A DNA stretch of 64,000 nt, taken from a virus. The translations under genes and the position numbers were made by a program. Numbering within the stretch: the first letter of the stretch is position 1; the number at the start of each line of letters is the position of its first letter. Positions 31,083 to 41,886 of this stretch are shown here, one piece after another. Where the stretch lies: IMG/VR virus record IMGVR_UViG_3300021185_001264, positions 2,784 through 66,783 of that record, one strand, 5' to 3'. The notes under the pieces were generated by a model. That model did no database searches, was not told the DNA's origin, and saw nothing but the letters and a program-made list of their open reading frames with translations.

Positions 31083-32876
31083 TTATTCCGTCAATGTAGT
31101 TACGTTAACTGTGATGTCATCACCACGAATTGTAATAATACGATCTTTAGGTGCCTTGATATCTTTCGCTACTGAGTTAGCAATGAATTTAATTGCACCA
31201 CCTTCGTAACTATCTACAATTAGATTTGACAACTTAATCGCACCTGTGCTATAATCAATCGTACCAACACTACGCTTAAACACTGATACATCAGCAGTCG
31301 AAGCAGTCACAGCCATCATCTTACCAGCACCATCGTCTTGGAGTGTCACAAGCGTACCTTCGATAGTCATCTTACTAGTACGTACAGCTGGTGTAAATCC
31401 TGTCAAGCCTGTTGTAGCGTCATACGCATATGGCTGAACAAGTGCAGTCTCGTATGAGAAAGCAGGGTTCTGGACAGTACTCAATACAGGTACGTATTGA
31501 ATAATTGGTGAAGCAAAGATACTTGAAGAGATAATCGAATTGTCTACAGCATCCAATGCCGCTGCCAAACGAGACTGACGTAGTGTCTTATTAAAGTCAG
31601 AAAGAGAATCAGTAGAGTATGCTGATATGGCATTTGTCACTTCGCTTCGTATCTGTGATGCACTCTTTGTTGTGATATTAGGATCGAATACTACGTCTAC
31701 TATAGTATCAACAAACAAGAATTTCGCAGGTACAAACACTGGCTCGATAGTCAATGGTGTCTTGTCTTTGAGGTAATCAGCGAATGATGCAATCTCAAAG
31801 TCAGCAGCCCCTTCGCCGCCAGTCACATCAACAGAGATAATTACCTTACCAAACTGAGGAGGTTCTACTTCGTCTCCACCATATACTGATATCGCTTCGA
31901 TATTAGGAAAACGATTACGTAGTAGTATCTCGTAGTCACGTGTCGTAACAGCACGTTCTTGTACTTGTAGAGCCTTAGGAGCAAATGTTCGAATAGACGC
32001 AACACTCTCTGCTGAGAGCCCGCCATTCGAAATCGTTGATACTGTAATCGTAACATTCGAGGCACCAGTTAAACCATTGCTCGTCATAGACCTAACGCCA
32101 TTCGCATCTTCTGCTGAACTGATACGATACTTTGCTGTAATGATATCACCTTGCGTAGGCTGTTTACCGAACTTGTCTTGTCCAAACTGTAGAGAGTATT
32201 TCTCATCTTCTTCTGGCTGAAGATAGAATACTTTGTCAATAGCAGTAATGCCAAATATGTCTGTCTTATATACGTACTCTTCACCATTCACTTCTACGTA
32301 GAGTGAGCGAGTATCTATCATACTATTAGACAACACTGTGTCTGAAATGTCAAGTGTTTCTGTAATTAATCTACCTTGAAATGCTTCTACAGCCGCTACA
32401 GTGAATGTTCTAGGTAAGTATACACCAGGTGTATTAGGGCTAGCAAGAGTAGCAACTTGTGATGTGACTGCTGTATATGCTTTCTCAGTAAGGAATGTGA
32501 ACGTCTTATTGCCACACTTACCATTAATCTTTGTATCTTTCGGAATAATAAAGAAATTTCCTGCTTGACTTGCAGTGATATTAAATGTTACAATAGCTTT
32601 AGCTGATCTACGTGAACGTGGTAGATAGTTTAATTCTTTTGCGTGTGATATCATACTGTTACGCTCTTGAGCAGAGTCAAGGAACATCTCACTAATCATC
32701 ATGTTATAATAGTAGTTGTTATAGAACGTATTGTATGCGAGTAAGTCAAGCAATACATTCATGTTAGAGCCTTCGAAGTCGTAGTCAGCAAACCTATCTT
32801 GATTGCTTAGATATGTCTTAAGTGCCGACTTCGTTTCAAAGAAGTCTAAATTTTGTACTGGTGAAATGTTTGCCAT
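31083..32876 (-). CDS. gp6: Baseplate wedge subunit gp6
   Basis: LDF...K..L..YL..Q..F.DYDFEGS.M..LLDLLAYNT; QERAVT..DY motif. Confidence 0.92.
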   Translation of the reverse strand: MANISPVQNLDFFETKSALKTYLSNQDRFADYDFEGSNMNVLLDLLAYNTFYNNYYYNMMISEMFLDSAQERNSMISHAKELNYLPRSRRSAKAIVTFNITASQAGNFFIIPKDTKINGKCGNKTFTFLTEKAYTAVTSQVATLASPNTPGVYLPRTFTVAAVEAFQGRLITETLDISDTVLSNSMIDTRSLYVEVNGEEYVYKTDIFGITAIDKVFYLQPEEDEKYSLQFGQDKFGKQPTQGDIITAKYRISSAEDANGVRSMTSNGLTGASNVTITVSTISNGGLSAESVASIRTFAPKALQVQERAVTTRDYEILLRNRFPNIEAISVYGGDEVEPPQFGKVIISVDVTGGEGAADFEIASFADYLKDKTPLTIEPVFVPAKFLFVDTIVDVVFDPNITTKSASQIRSEVTNAISAYSTDSLSDFNKTLRQSRLAAALDAVDNSIISSSIFASPIIQYVPVLSTVQNPAFSYETALVQPYAYDATTGLTGFTPAVRTSKMTIEGTLVTLQDDGAGKMMAVTASTADVSVFKRSVGTIDYSTGAIKLSNLIVDSYEGGAIKFIANSVAKDIKAPKDRIITIRGDDITVNVTTLTE

Positions 32877-33286
32877 TATCTTACCCTATCGATATCGATT
32901 GAAAGTGTTTGAGGTGTCTCATTATTTATGACATAGAATACAACGTTTATTCTTACGCTATTTGAATCAACGTCTCCAATGACTTCTACGTCTACGATGC
33001 TACAGCGTGGTTCATATGAATTCAATGCAGATTCGATTCTGTCTTTAATGAGTATTGCTGTTACTGGTGTGGCATTCTCGAACAACATACTATTAATATC
33101 GCTACCCACAAGAGGCTGAAAGAGACGTTCGCCCTTATTCGTGAGTAGTATATTCTTAATTGCCTCTTTGACAGAGTTCTCGTTTACTCTTCGTGCAAGA
33201 TCATTACGACCAGGCAATAGAGCCAAGTCCTTATGAAAATCACTGTGAAGTTCACGGCGTCTGGTAAGAGGTGTTATAGTAGCCAT
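32876..33286 (-). CDS. gp25: Baseplate wedge subunit gp25
   Basis: VKEAIKNILLTNKGERLFQP..GS.I..MLFE...YEPR signature. Confidence 0.92.
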   Translation of the reverse strand: MATITPLTRRRELHSDFHKDLALLPGRNDLARRVNENSVKEAIKNILLTNKGERLFQPLVGSDINSMLFENATPVTAILIKDRIESALNSYEPRCSIVDVEVIGDVDSNSVRINVVFYVINNETPQTLSIDIDRVR

Positions 33287-33313
33287 TTAATTTGCCTTTT
33301 ACTTTTATTTATG

Positions 33314-34972
33314 TTATACTGAGCGAAGTTTGTCTCGATCATGTCTCGAAACAAGCTCTACCCATCTAGCTGTCTGTGTTTTTGGTACTGGATAATCAGA
33401 TGGTGTAGTAGGCTCTCCAGCTACCCATGCTCTACGTCCAGCGATGTCAAGATGTATAAACGAACTATAGACACCGATACCAGTAAAGCCAGCACGTGAG
33501 GCAGCAACAACAAACTCTGCTCTCTTCGTATAGTCACCCGTGACTCGTACATCGATTGCTTGTCCTGTCATATGCTTAGACTTAGATACGCCTCTACCTT
33601 TATTGTAATTAGGTGATCTATATGCAGAATTTATCTTGACTTCTGTTCCCGTTTGGTCTAATGTACGTAGTAGTTTAAACCATACTTCTTTCTGTACTTT
33701 CTTATAACCAGCGCCCTTGAGATACTTACCTTCGAAGTCGTTCTGATTTACAACTTGTGATTCGAATGTGAACTTGCCTGGTATACCATTCTCGTCTAAG
33801 GCAGCTATTTGTTTCATCTCATCCCCAGATGGACAGGTAGGACATTCGTAATTACCTGATGCTCCCTCTGATACCTCAGCAAGACTTGGTGCTTCTTTGT
33901 TGACTTTCTCGTTAGTTTCTGTTATAGTCTTTGCTCGTTCATCAGCAGATATTCTCAATGCACCTGCTTCTACTGCTTTCTTTGTCTCTACAAGACCCGC
34001 ACTCTTAAGGGCAGCTTGCTCGATTGTCAATGCTGTAGCAAGTTTCTTAATACCATCAACTGGTGCAGTGAGTAGTTCTTGGATGACTTCACTTAACTGG
34101 CAGAAACGAAACATCATAAGTGCTACGTTCTCGGCTGTTAATCTTTCGAATTGTGCTACTAGCTTAGACATGAACTTCTCGATAGACTTCTTCAAGCCAT
34201 CTTTATTGACTTCATCGAAGAATTCTTTGATCTGATCTGCGGCACCTTGTATATGAGCGAATGCAGACTTAGCGGCACACTTAAGATCGTCTGCCATGCC
34301 TACGACACTATCTACCACCCCCTGTACCTGCTTCATTAACTGTGCGATTACTTTGTCTACAATCTCTAGTATCGTATCTTTAATCTTCTTTAATACAGCA
34401 GTGAGAGTCAACGACTTCGCAAGCTTAATAGGATCTTTCTCTGCTAAGTTCTTGATATCAGCTATTAATTCTTGGGCTGTACTAATGAGTGTAAAGATAC
34501 CACCGAGTGTGGCAAAGATATTCGCAAACGCACCACATAGTCCACTTGATATAGACTTGCCTAGATTCACGTTTAAGTAATAGTCTAGATCGGCTAGATA
34601 GGAATCAATAGGAGTAGAGAGACCTCCACTCATTACGGCAGGCGAATATGCGCTTACTGCTGAGAAGATACCATCAATGTCTTGATTGTTTGACACAATA
34701 AAGTCAGCAATCTCAACAAACGTTAACGGTGCCTGTAAATGTCTATCACTAAGTGTATTATAACTGGAAGAATCGATGTTGTCAAGTAAATTATTCGTAG
34801 CATTTGTTAAATCTACAACTGTCTGCCTATTCAATCTCTCAATAGGATTGGCATTAAAGTCTACGAGGCGTGTAAAATCATCGATCTCATTGAACACATC
34901 AGAGCCAGCTGTGAGCAACGAAGCGTCAAAGCGAGAGGCTAGAGGTGTTGTTGATTCACATAAAGCTGTCAT
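33314..34972 (-). CDS. Protein with C-terminal peptidase M15A (Zn D-Ala-D-Ala peptidase-like) domain
   Basis: INSAYRSP..N...SKHMTGQAIDV...GIGVYSSFIHLD motif; long helical N-terminal region. Confidence 0.8.
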   Translation of the reverse strand: MTALCESTTPLASRFDASLLTAGSDVFNEIDDFTRLVDFNANPIERLNRQTVVDLTNATNNLLDNIDSSSYNTLSDRHLQAPLTFVEIADFIVSNNQDIDGIFSAVSAYSPAVMSGGLSTPIDSYLADLDYYLNVNLGKSISSGLCGAFANIFATLGGIFTLISTAQELIADIKNLAEKDPIKLAKSLTLTAVLKKIKDTILEIVDKVIAQLMKQVQGVVDSVVGMADDLKCAAKSAFAHIQGAADQIKEFFDEVNKDGLKKSIEKFMSKLVAQFERLTAENVALMMFRFCQLSEVIQELLTAPVDGIKKLATALTIEQAALKSAGLVETKKAVEAGALRISADERAKTITETNEKVNKEAPSLAEVSEGASGNYECPTCPSGDEMKQIAALDENGIPGKFTFESQVVNQNDFEGKYLKGAGYKKVQKEVWFKLLRTLDQTGTEVKINSAYRSPNYNKGRGVSKSKHMTGQAIDVRVTGDYTKRAEFVVAASRAGFTGIGVYSSFIHLDIAGRRAWVAGEPTTPSDYPVPKTQTARWVELVSRHDRDKLRSV

Positions 34973-35008
34973 AGTTCTGTCCTAATTGTTGTAATTTTAT
35001 TTATCACT

Positions 35009-36571
35009 TTATTCCCCATCCGCAGTATCATCAGGCATACTACTATTCGATGGTGGTGGTTTTCTTGTTCTTAAATTACCTTTAGTTGTATAACCTGTAG
35101 GAACACGACTAGGAGGAATATCTCCGGGGTTGACAACTGTAGCAATCTCTGTTATACTTAAAGGAGGTATTGTAGCCGTACCAGATTGAAGTAGCTGTGG
35201 TGCTAATGATGCAGACACAGTACCAGTGGCTAATCCACTTGTTGCTCCGACTGTACCATTACCAATATTTACAAGACTACCGTCGATATTCACAATCAAA
35301 CCTGCTCCTATGCCTAGTTGTGCACCCGCTGATAAGTCCATAGTACCAACAGACTTGACTCCTAGGGCAGCTCCTGCGTTAATACCAAGCGCACCAACAG
35401 CATTAATATTCATTGTAGCAAGAGAGTTCATACGCAAAGATGTCGTACTATTGATGTCAATACCTAAATGACCAGCATCAGGAAAAGGTAAAGTTTGTGT
35501 TGACACAGCGGGTATACCTGTGCTATGTATCTTCGTATATGCACTACTATACAGATTCATCTTATAACTGTCAAGATGTACATCACCAAACAATGCTTGT
35601 CCATATATGCCACCAAAGTTTAATGGAGTACCAGCTTTCATCTTGATGTTCGCATTAGCGGCTAAGTTAATATCGTCTGAAGTCGCAAAGAGTCCTACTT
35701 TACCACCAGATATATTCGTACCAGCGGCGGCATCAATGTTAGCAGAACCTCTTGCTGTAACATTAAAGTTCTCACACTCGATGTCTAGATTACCATTAAT
35801 CCATATCTTACCAGAGCCTCTTTCGACTCTTAATGACCAGTCATCCCCTACATTCGTATGAGAGTCTAACTCGGTACGGTTCATTGTAAAGCCTTCGGTA
35901 CTATTATAAGTGTCACCAAAAGACTTGACAAGTATCGTTCCATGTGAGTCTATCTGTATGGCAGAGCCAGAGGCATGTGATATAAGAATGTATGTACCAT
36001 CTCCCTCTCTACTATCACTCAACACCACATAGTTATTATCATTCTTACTGGTATATACAGTGTTGTCAAGATTCTTTTCTGGTGTTATAATAGGTGGTTC
36101 ATTCCAATCTTCGCCTTCAATAGCACTCTTAATACCACCCTTAACGGCAGCGGCTTGTAATGGTCCCTGTCCTATCTCTGCATCTTCACCACCTAGATGT
36201 CTATGTAAAGGAGGCTTACCATACTTAGGCATAGACTCTATAGGGACATAGTTCGCATCACTAGGCGCACCAGCTTCAGGAGGTAATTGTAGATTGACAC
36301 CAGGTACTCTTCCCATTACCATAGGGTGTTGTGCATCGTCTCCATCCATAAAGAATCCAAAGCACCAGTCGCCCACTTCAGGTATCTTCTGTACACCACC
36401 ATATGAGCCATCGAGTACAATCGCCCAGGGTAAATCAGCAGTAGGCATTGCTTGCTTGTCTTCTGTATGAATGCCAAATGCTCTCACTTTCACACGTCCA
36501 TCATTAGTGGCATCTTGACGGTCTTCTACGACTCCCACGAACCACAGTAGATTTCTAAATCCACCACTCAT
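35009..36571 (-). CDS. gp5: Baseplate hub/spike gp5 (no recognisable lysozyme domain)
   Basis: WFVGVVEDRQD...GRVKVRAFGIHT...LPWA...GFFMDG..AQHP OB-fold signature followed by beta-repeat region. Confidence 0.88.
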   Translation of the reverse strand: MSGGFRNLLWFVGVVEDRQDATNDGRVKVRAFGIHTEDKQAMPTADLPWAIVLDGSYGGVQKIPEVGDWCFGFFMDGDDAQHPMVMGRVPGVNLQLPPEAGAPSDANYVPIESMPKYGKPPLHRHLGGEDAEIGQGPLQAAAVKGGIKSAIEGEDWNEPPIITPEKNLDNTVYTSKNDNNYVVLSDSREGDGTYILISHASGSAIQIDSHGTILVKSFGDTYNSTEGFTMNRTELDSHTNVGDDWSLRVERGSGKIWINGNLDIECENFNVTARGSANIDAAAGTNISGGKVGLFATSDDINLAANANIKMKAGTPLNFGGIYGQALFGDVHLDSYKMNLYSSAYTKIHSTGIPAVSTQTLPFPDAGHLGIDINSTTSLRMNSLATMNINAVGALGINAGAALGVKSVGTMDLSAGAQLGIGAGLIVNIDGSLVNIGNGTVGATSGLATGTVSASLAPQLLQSGTATIPPLSITEIATVVNPGDIPPSRVPTGYTTKGNLRTRKPPPSNSSMPDDTADGE

Positions 36572-37905
36572 TATCTCTTCTCCTTAAATAGGCTTCGGTC
36601 ATTCGTATCAGATAGGCCGCCCTTTGTCAAGCTTATGATCTGCGTAAAGTCGTCCTCAAAGAAGAGGTTCGTTACGTCTGTCACCATATACAGCCCATCT
36701 CTCTGTACATCTGGACCCTTCGTTTCACCAACTTCAACAACAGACACCATTAAAAAAATAACCATTCCTGGAATCAACGGATTACGCCCCTTGATAGAGC
36801 AATTAATAGCGTTTTTAGTCATTGAGTTCATAAATAATTTCTTTGAATTAATTACCTCTCGATAAAAAGGATAATGTCTATTGACTCCCCTGTCTTGACC
36901 TGGTACATTATAGTCTTTTAATGCATATACTTCGTCTATCACAGGCATCCTATCAGATAAAAACTCACTGCTATGAGGTATCTTCAACTCATCTATAGGC
37001 ATATTGTCTAATATATCCTCGAGATTAGTAATTGTCCTAGACGTTGTGCGATTTAATAGGTCTATCTCTAGCATTGATGTCTTATACTGACCTTCATTGA
37101 TCTCATTTAATGTATTAGATGGATCACCATAGCTTATGCCTGCGACTGTCTGTTGATTTCTTAGCTGACCATTAGGTGAATTATCGTCAGCGATCTTTGC
37201 TGTGTAGAATAAAAGATTATTATCCTCTAAATTCTTTTCGCTTTCTACTTTATCTTTGTATTTGTTGTATAGATATTCGGGTGTACAGAAATAAAAGTTT
37301 TCTTTTGTCTCGAAGAACATATAATTGTTTGTAGAACTCTCACCACCGTAGGCTTTTCTGGCGAGGAAACTCATCGTGGCGGCGGGCGTTAGGCTCGGAA
37401 TTGCATAGGTCTGATTTCCCACAGTGGGTTCGATCTCAATTGTCTTTGATGAGGTGTCAAAGTAAGTATCGAATACTGATTGTACCATATCTGATATGAG
37501 TTGATTCGCAAATGATTGTCGAACTTCACCTTGATGGGCAGTTAAATGTTCGATTGATGTGAAATTAATTCGATACGATAGCATATCATCTTTATTATCA
37601 TGTGGTCCTAGATCATTGGCACCATAGCAAAAGAATTGTTTCTTCGCAACATCACCATAGAAATCTTTCCATTCGATTGTAGCTATCTCTTCACCAATAA
37701 TAGGTAGGGTACGCATGATACCTTCTGCGTCTAATACATTTGCAGAGCCATTAATATTGGTACGGAACATACTCTCGCTGATCTGCCACTGCGTAATGAT
37801 TTGTTTTAATTCAACACCAGTATCAGCCGACGCACTGATCGGTCTTATTTTAAATGAAATAAGTTCGTAGTGTCCCGCTTGAGTAGCAGGTTGATTACTT
37901 GCCAT
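36571..37905 (-). CDS. Baseplate hub subunit, gp27-like
   Basis: LPIIGEE, YMFFE....YF, G.Y.VT.V motifs; lies between gp53 and gp5. Confidence 0.7.
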   Translation of the reverse strand: MASNQPATQAGHYELISFKIRPISASADTGVELKQIITQWQISESMFRTNINGSANVLDAEGIMRTLPIIGEEIATIEWKDFYGDVAKKQFFCYGANDLGPHDNKDDMLSYRINFTSIEHLTAHQGEVRQSFANQLISDMVQSVFDTYFDTSSKTIEIEPTVGNQTYAIPSLTPAATMSFLARKAYGGESSTNNYMFFETKENFYFCTPEYLYNKYKDKVESEKNLEDNNLLFYTAKIADDNSPNGQLRNQQTVAGISYGDPSNTLNEINEGQYKTSMLEIDLLNRTTSRTITNLEDILDNMPIDELKIPHSSEFLSDRMPVIDEVYALKDYNVPGQDRGVNRHYPFYREVINSKKLFMNSMTKNAINCSIKGRNPLIPGMVIFLMVSVVEVGETKGPDVQRDGLYMVTDVTNLFFEDDFTQIISLTKGGLSDTNDRSLFKEKR

Positions 37906-38467
37906 TTAATCTTCGCTCTAATAAATTTGATATCTCACCCATATAGGCAACATTAAATAATTCGATCTGGCGCCTTTGCTCGTTTAATCTAAATTCATAG
38001 TCATAAATACGAATAGGATTCCACTCGGTTGCTTCAAATGACGGATCTGGTTGAGGTGATGCAGAGAATGTCCTATGATTAATTTGTACATCTGAATTAT
38101 ACTTACTCTCATACCATTTAATATTAGTGGTAATTGATGTATTTCGAGTCCAATCGATGACTGCTTGACCAGTGACACCTGATTGTGTCTCGTATTGTTT
38201 CTTGATATATTCATCAAATGTCGATTGTGTCTTTGGCCAATGCGTATAGGGATCAATAATATCATTGACTGATAGTACTAACCATGCTAATTCTGGATCA
38301 CCATAATAATAAAAGGCAACATCTTCTGGCTTCTCGCCTTCTTTTACTGTATATGGTAGATATGCTGTACCACTGTTCGATACTTTTAATTTACCCTTGC
38401 GAGTAATGTCTACAACAGAGTTGCCATCTTTTCTTTTTGTCAGAGGGAATTTACTAAAATAACTCAT
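37895..38467 (-). CDS. gp53: Baseplate wedge subunit gp53
   Basis: MSYFSKFP; Y.VKEGEKPE.VA..YYGDP.L.WLVL..N.I.DP...WP LysM-like signature. Confidence 0.9.
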   Translation of the reverse strand: MSYFSKFPLTKRKDGNSVVDITRKGKLKVSNSGTAYLPYTVKEGEKPEDVAFYYYGDPELAWLVLSVNDIIDPYTHWPKTQSTFDEYIKKQYETQSGVTGQAVIDWTRNTSITTNIKWYESKYNSDVQINHRTFSASPQPDPSFEATEWNPIRIYDYEFRLNEQRRQIELFNVAYMGEISNLLERRLNGK

Positions 38468-39528
38468 TATTGGGCTCCGGGTACTGGTTTCGGATCTTGT
38501 TTATCACCTAATTCATTGATTCGATTTTCAAGAATTTCAAGATCAGATTCAGCGGCGGCTTTTTCAGTTGGAGTGGTCTCACCTTGAGGTTGCTCTGGTA
38601 ACGCTTCAACTGATATCATATCGTCTGGTTGATAGTCTGCCTTAGTATGAATAGCGGCTTCTGTCATGATCATATTAATTCGTACTGCACTAGGCTTACC
38701 ACCTTTATTTAATGCAATACCGTTTGGAGTATAGTCAACATTAAATTGTGATACCATACATGTCTTTAATCTGTAAAAAAAGTTCTGATTAATACCATGA
38801 AAGAAACAGTCAACCATTGCTGGATACTTTAATAGTCCACGACCAAGCGTACCCTTACTCACACTCTCACCTATTACCCCATCCATCTCTGGAGTTACGT
38901 GACGTTGAATTGTTCGAATAATCTTTCTTAATGTCTCGGCTTCTTGTGGTGTGTCAGGTGATAATAGCCACTCAAATGTGTGTACTTTTAGATCAACACC
39001 GCTAAATACAAGAGTTGCATATGGGTTAATTGCAGTGCCTTGTCCTGCACCCATACCTTTTGCGATGTCGGGAGCAATACCACCTAAACCTGCTCTTGCT
39101 AGAAATAGTCCTGATTCAATACCCTTATTTAATACTTCACCTAAGCTATCGATTGCGGATAGACTTCCCGCTTCTTCTTTTCCTTGTCCAAACATTCTTT
39201 TTAATTTAGAGTTTATTGTACTGGTGTCACTCGCTAATTCTGTACCACCTTGAGTTGCACCAGCTGCCAGTGATCCCATAATACCTAATTCGTCTGCGCC
39301 CACTTTAATATTTAAATTATCTTGTAGGTTTTTAGGTAGAGGCAGAATAATGCTGTCATTACTGACCTCTTGCATGTGAGTACTACCGCCATATCTATAA
39401 TTCTTAAAATTAAGTATCATGGCATGATGACCAATGTCGTGAGGAAAGTATAAACCTAAATTATTATTTAAGTTCTGCTTTCTTTGTTCGGCAACAGCGG
39501 CTGCTGGCTTGATTGTCTTGTCACTCAT
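38467..39528 (-). CDS. gp48: Baseplate tail-tube cap gp48
   Basis: LY.P, I.LPLP, INPY..L.F.GV....H.F.W...P...EA, VDYTPNG motifs. Confidence 0.8.
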   Translation of the reverse strand: MSDKTIKPAAAVAEQRKQNLNNNLGLYFPHDIGHHAMILNFKNYRYGGSTHMQEVSNDSIILPLPKNLQDNLNIKVGADELGIMGSLAAGATQGGTELASDTSTINSKLKRMFGQGKEEAGSLSAIDSLGEVLNKGIESGLFLARAGLGGIAPDIAKGMGAGQGTAINPYATLVFSGVDLKVHTFEWLLSPDTPQEAETLRKIIRTIQRHVTPEMDGVIGESVSKGTLGRGLLKYPAMVDCFFHGINQNFFYRLKTCMVSQFNVDYTPNGIALNKGGKPSAVRINMIMTEAAIHTKADYQPDDMISVEALPEQPQGETTPTEKAAAESDLEILENRINELGDKQDPKPVPGAQ

Positions 39529-39545
39529 CTGATTTAATTACCTTG

Positions 39546-39582
39546 TATAAATACTATGTTAGACTAATTACAACTATTTATA
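39546..39582. promoter_or_regulatory. Pair of opposing late promoters
   Basis: TATAAATA on + at 39546-39553 (for gp4) and on - at 39575-39582 (for gp48). Confidence 0.8.
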
Positions 39583-39591
39583 TGAGTTCAC

Positions 39592-40038
39592 ATGGCTTAT
39601 CAGGGAAAATTTCGACCAAGAAACCCTTCAAAATATCTGGGTGATCCTTTAAATATCATTTATCGGAGTCATTGGGAATTGAAGCTTATGTCTTATTTAG
39701 ACAGACACCCGCATGTCATGAAGTGGTCAAGCGAAGAGGTTGTTATACCGTATAAGAGTCCGATTGATGGGAGATTACACAGATACTTTCCAGACTTCTA
39801 TGTGGAACAGATAAATAAAGATAAGAAGAAAGATAAAATATTAATTGAGGTAAAGCCTAAGTATCAGACTGTACCTCCTATGATAAAAAAGAATGGGACT
39901 AAGCCAACTAAGAGATATATCAACGAAGTAAAGACATGGGGAATAAATCAAGCAAAGTGGGATGCTGCCCGTGAATTCTGTTTAGATAGAGGCTGGAAGT
40001 TTCAAATAATGCACGAAGATCATTTAGGGATAAAGTAA
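39592..40038 (+). CDS. gp4: Head completion nuclease gp4
   Basis: YQGKFRP.NP.KY.GD...IIYRS.WE, W.SEE..IPY, RYFPDF, IEVKP, NQAKW signature. Confidence 0.92.
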   Translation: MAYQGKFRPRNPSKYLGDPLNIIYRSHWELKLMSYLDRHPHVMKWSSEEVVIPYKSPIDGRLHRYFPDFYVEQINKDKKKDKILIEVKPKYQTVPPMIKKNGTKPTKRYINEVKTWGINQAKWDAAREFCLDRGWKFQIMHEDHLGIK

Positions 40039-40039
40039 C

Positions 40040-40486
40040 ATGTATGAATATAAATGTAAAGTATTAAGAGTAGTCGATGGTGACACAGTAGATGTTGATA
40101 TCGATTTAGGATTTGGAGTTTGGCTTCACCGTGAGCGAGTACGAGTCATGGGTATTGACACCCCCGAATCAAGAACAAGAGATAAAGTAGAGAAGAAGTT
40201 TGGTCTTGCCGCTAAGTCACATGTAAAAGATATGCTACCAATTGGATCTATTCAGATACTTAAGACTGAAGTAGACAAGAGTGGCGAAGACGCTAAGGGT
40301 AAGTTTGGTCGTATCTTAGGCGACTTCTTACTAGATCAAGACGATGGTAGTATCAAGCGTTTAACTGAAATTATGATCGAAGACGGTCATGCTGTACCAT
40401 ATTTTGGTGGTAGTAAAGAAGAAGTTGATGCGGCACATATGAGAAATCGTGAACGTCTAATCGAAGAAGGTGTAGTAGTACTCTAA
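40040..40486 (+). CDS. Thermonuclease (SNase)-like protein
   Basis: RVVDGDTVDV.IDLGF...R..GIDTPESR...GKFGRILG. Confidence 0.85.
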   Translation: MYEYKCKVLRVVDGDTVDVDIDLGFGVWLHRERVRVMGIDTPESRTRDKVEKKFGLAAKSHVKDMLPIGSIQILKTEVDKSGEDAKGKFGRILGDFLLDQDDGSIKRLTEIMIEDGHAVPYFGGSKEEVDAAHMRNRERLIEEGVVVL

Positions 40487-41076
40487 TGGCAACTCTCTTT
40501 GACGAAATTCTAACTAAAGGTGTTCGAACAGGACAAGTACCTGCACGTACTGCTAAAGCACGTGAATGGTATCGTAGCACTGCTAAAGAATATCGAAGAG
40601 TGAACGACAGTAAACTCATGAAGGGTGATGCTGAAAGATTAACTGCACGACCTATGGTTGGTCAGATGTATATGTATTACTATGATGCGAAGCATAAAGA
40701 AACTCTACCATATTTCGATAGATTTCCACTTGTATTTCCATTTAAGAAAGTCGCCGGTGGGTTCTACGGACTGAACATGCACTATTTACCTCTACCTTTA
40801 CGTGCTAAACTCATGGACGCACTATACGATACAGCGACCAATTCTAGATTTGATGAGTCTACTCGACTTAAACTTAGTTATAAACTACTAGACAATGCGG
40901 CTAAATATAAGGGCTTCAAACCTTGTGTTAAAAGATATCTAACATCACAACTCAGAAGTCGATTTATGTACATATACCCTTCTGAATGGGACGTTGCTCT
41001 ATTCTTACCATTAGAGAGATTCCAGGGAGCATCTAAAACTCAAGTCTGGGCAGACACCAGAAGAAACATAGGATAA
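40486..41076 (+). CDS. gp2: DNA end protector gp2
   Basis: YDAKHK.TLPY.D.FPL....GLN.HYLP...R; K.YL....S; W.VA..LP..F. Confidence 0.9.
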   Translation: MATLFDEILTKGVRTGQVPARTAKAREWYRSTAKEYRRVNDSKLMKGDAERLTARPMVGQMYMYYYDAKHKETLPYFDRFPLVFPFKKVAGGFYGLNMHYLPLPLRAKLMDALYDTATNSRFDESTRLKLSYKLLDNAAKYKGFKPCVKRYLTSQLRSRFMYIYPSEWDVALFLPLERFQGASKTQVWADTRRNIG

Positions 41077-41080
41077 CAAC

Positions 41081-41860
41081 ATGGCATTCAACATTAATGA
41101 TTTCTCAGCACAAGTCAATAAGCACGGATTAGCACAGACTAACCTGTTTCTTGTGCGTATTGTTCCACCACCTGGATTTACAGGTATCGCTGACGGAAAC
41201 ACTGACGAAGATAACGCAGTAGAACTCAATCTGGCAAGGGAACTAGAATTCTTTTGTAGAAGCGTAACTTTACCAGAATTAGACGCTCAGACAGTTGATG
41301 TACAGAAGCAAGCATTTGGCGCCATCACTAGACGACCTCAGTCTATACAGTTTCCTATTTTGCCCACAGTGTTTATGGTTGACAGTAACTTTGCTATTCT
41401 AAAATTCTTTCACAGATGGATGCAGAAGATTGTTAACTATGATACATCTTCTGGTCCTATATCTGAAGTAGACGGAATGTTACCTCACGAAATGGGGTAT
41501 AAAATAGACTATGCGACTACTATAGAGATTATAGTGTACTCTTTTCAATCAGAAAGCATTACATACACGTACAAAATGTCAGGAGCATATCCAATTCAAG
41601 TGGGTAACATCACTGAAGCTTGGGAATCACAAGGCGAGATTATGACATTGCCCGTAGGATTTACATACGATGAACTACAAGTAACTGGCGCTAAGTCAGG
41701 TAATGTAGTAGGAGGATTGAGTGGTGGAAATGGACTACTCTCTTATCTATCATCTATAAATACATTTACACAAGCGATTCGAGGATTGAGACGACCTAGA
41801 GGCATTCAAGACGCAATTAACCAAGTCACGAATGTATCTACTATTTTAAAATCTTTTTAA
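41081..41860 (+). CDS. gp54: Baseplate tail-tube initiator gp54 (tube-like fold)
   Basis: GLA..N.F.V, C.SV.LP, FF..WM..I, AYP..V, F.Y motifs; follows gp2 and precedes gp26. Confidence 0.7.
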   Translation: MAFNINDFSAQVNKHGLAQTNLFLVRIVPPPGFTGIADGNTDEDNAVELNLARELEFFCRSVTLPELDAQTVDVQKQAFGAITRRPQSIQFPILPTVFMVDSNFAILKFFHRWMQKIVNYDTSSGPISEVDGMLPHEMGYKIDYATTIEIIVYSFQSESITYTYKMSGAYPIQVGNITEAWESQGEIMTLPVGFTYDELQVTGAKSGNVVGGLSGGNGLLSYLSSINTFTQAIRGLRRPRGIQDAINQVTNVSTILKSF

Positions 41861-41886
41861 TTATTACTATACAATAGGAGTATAAC

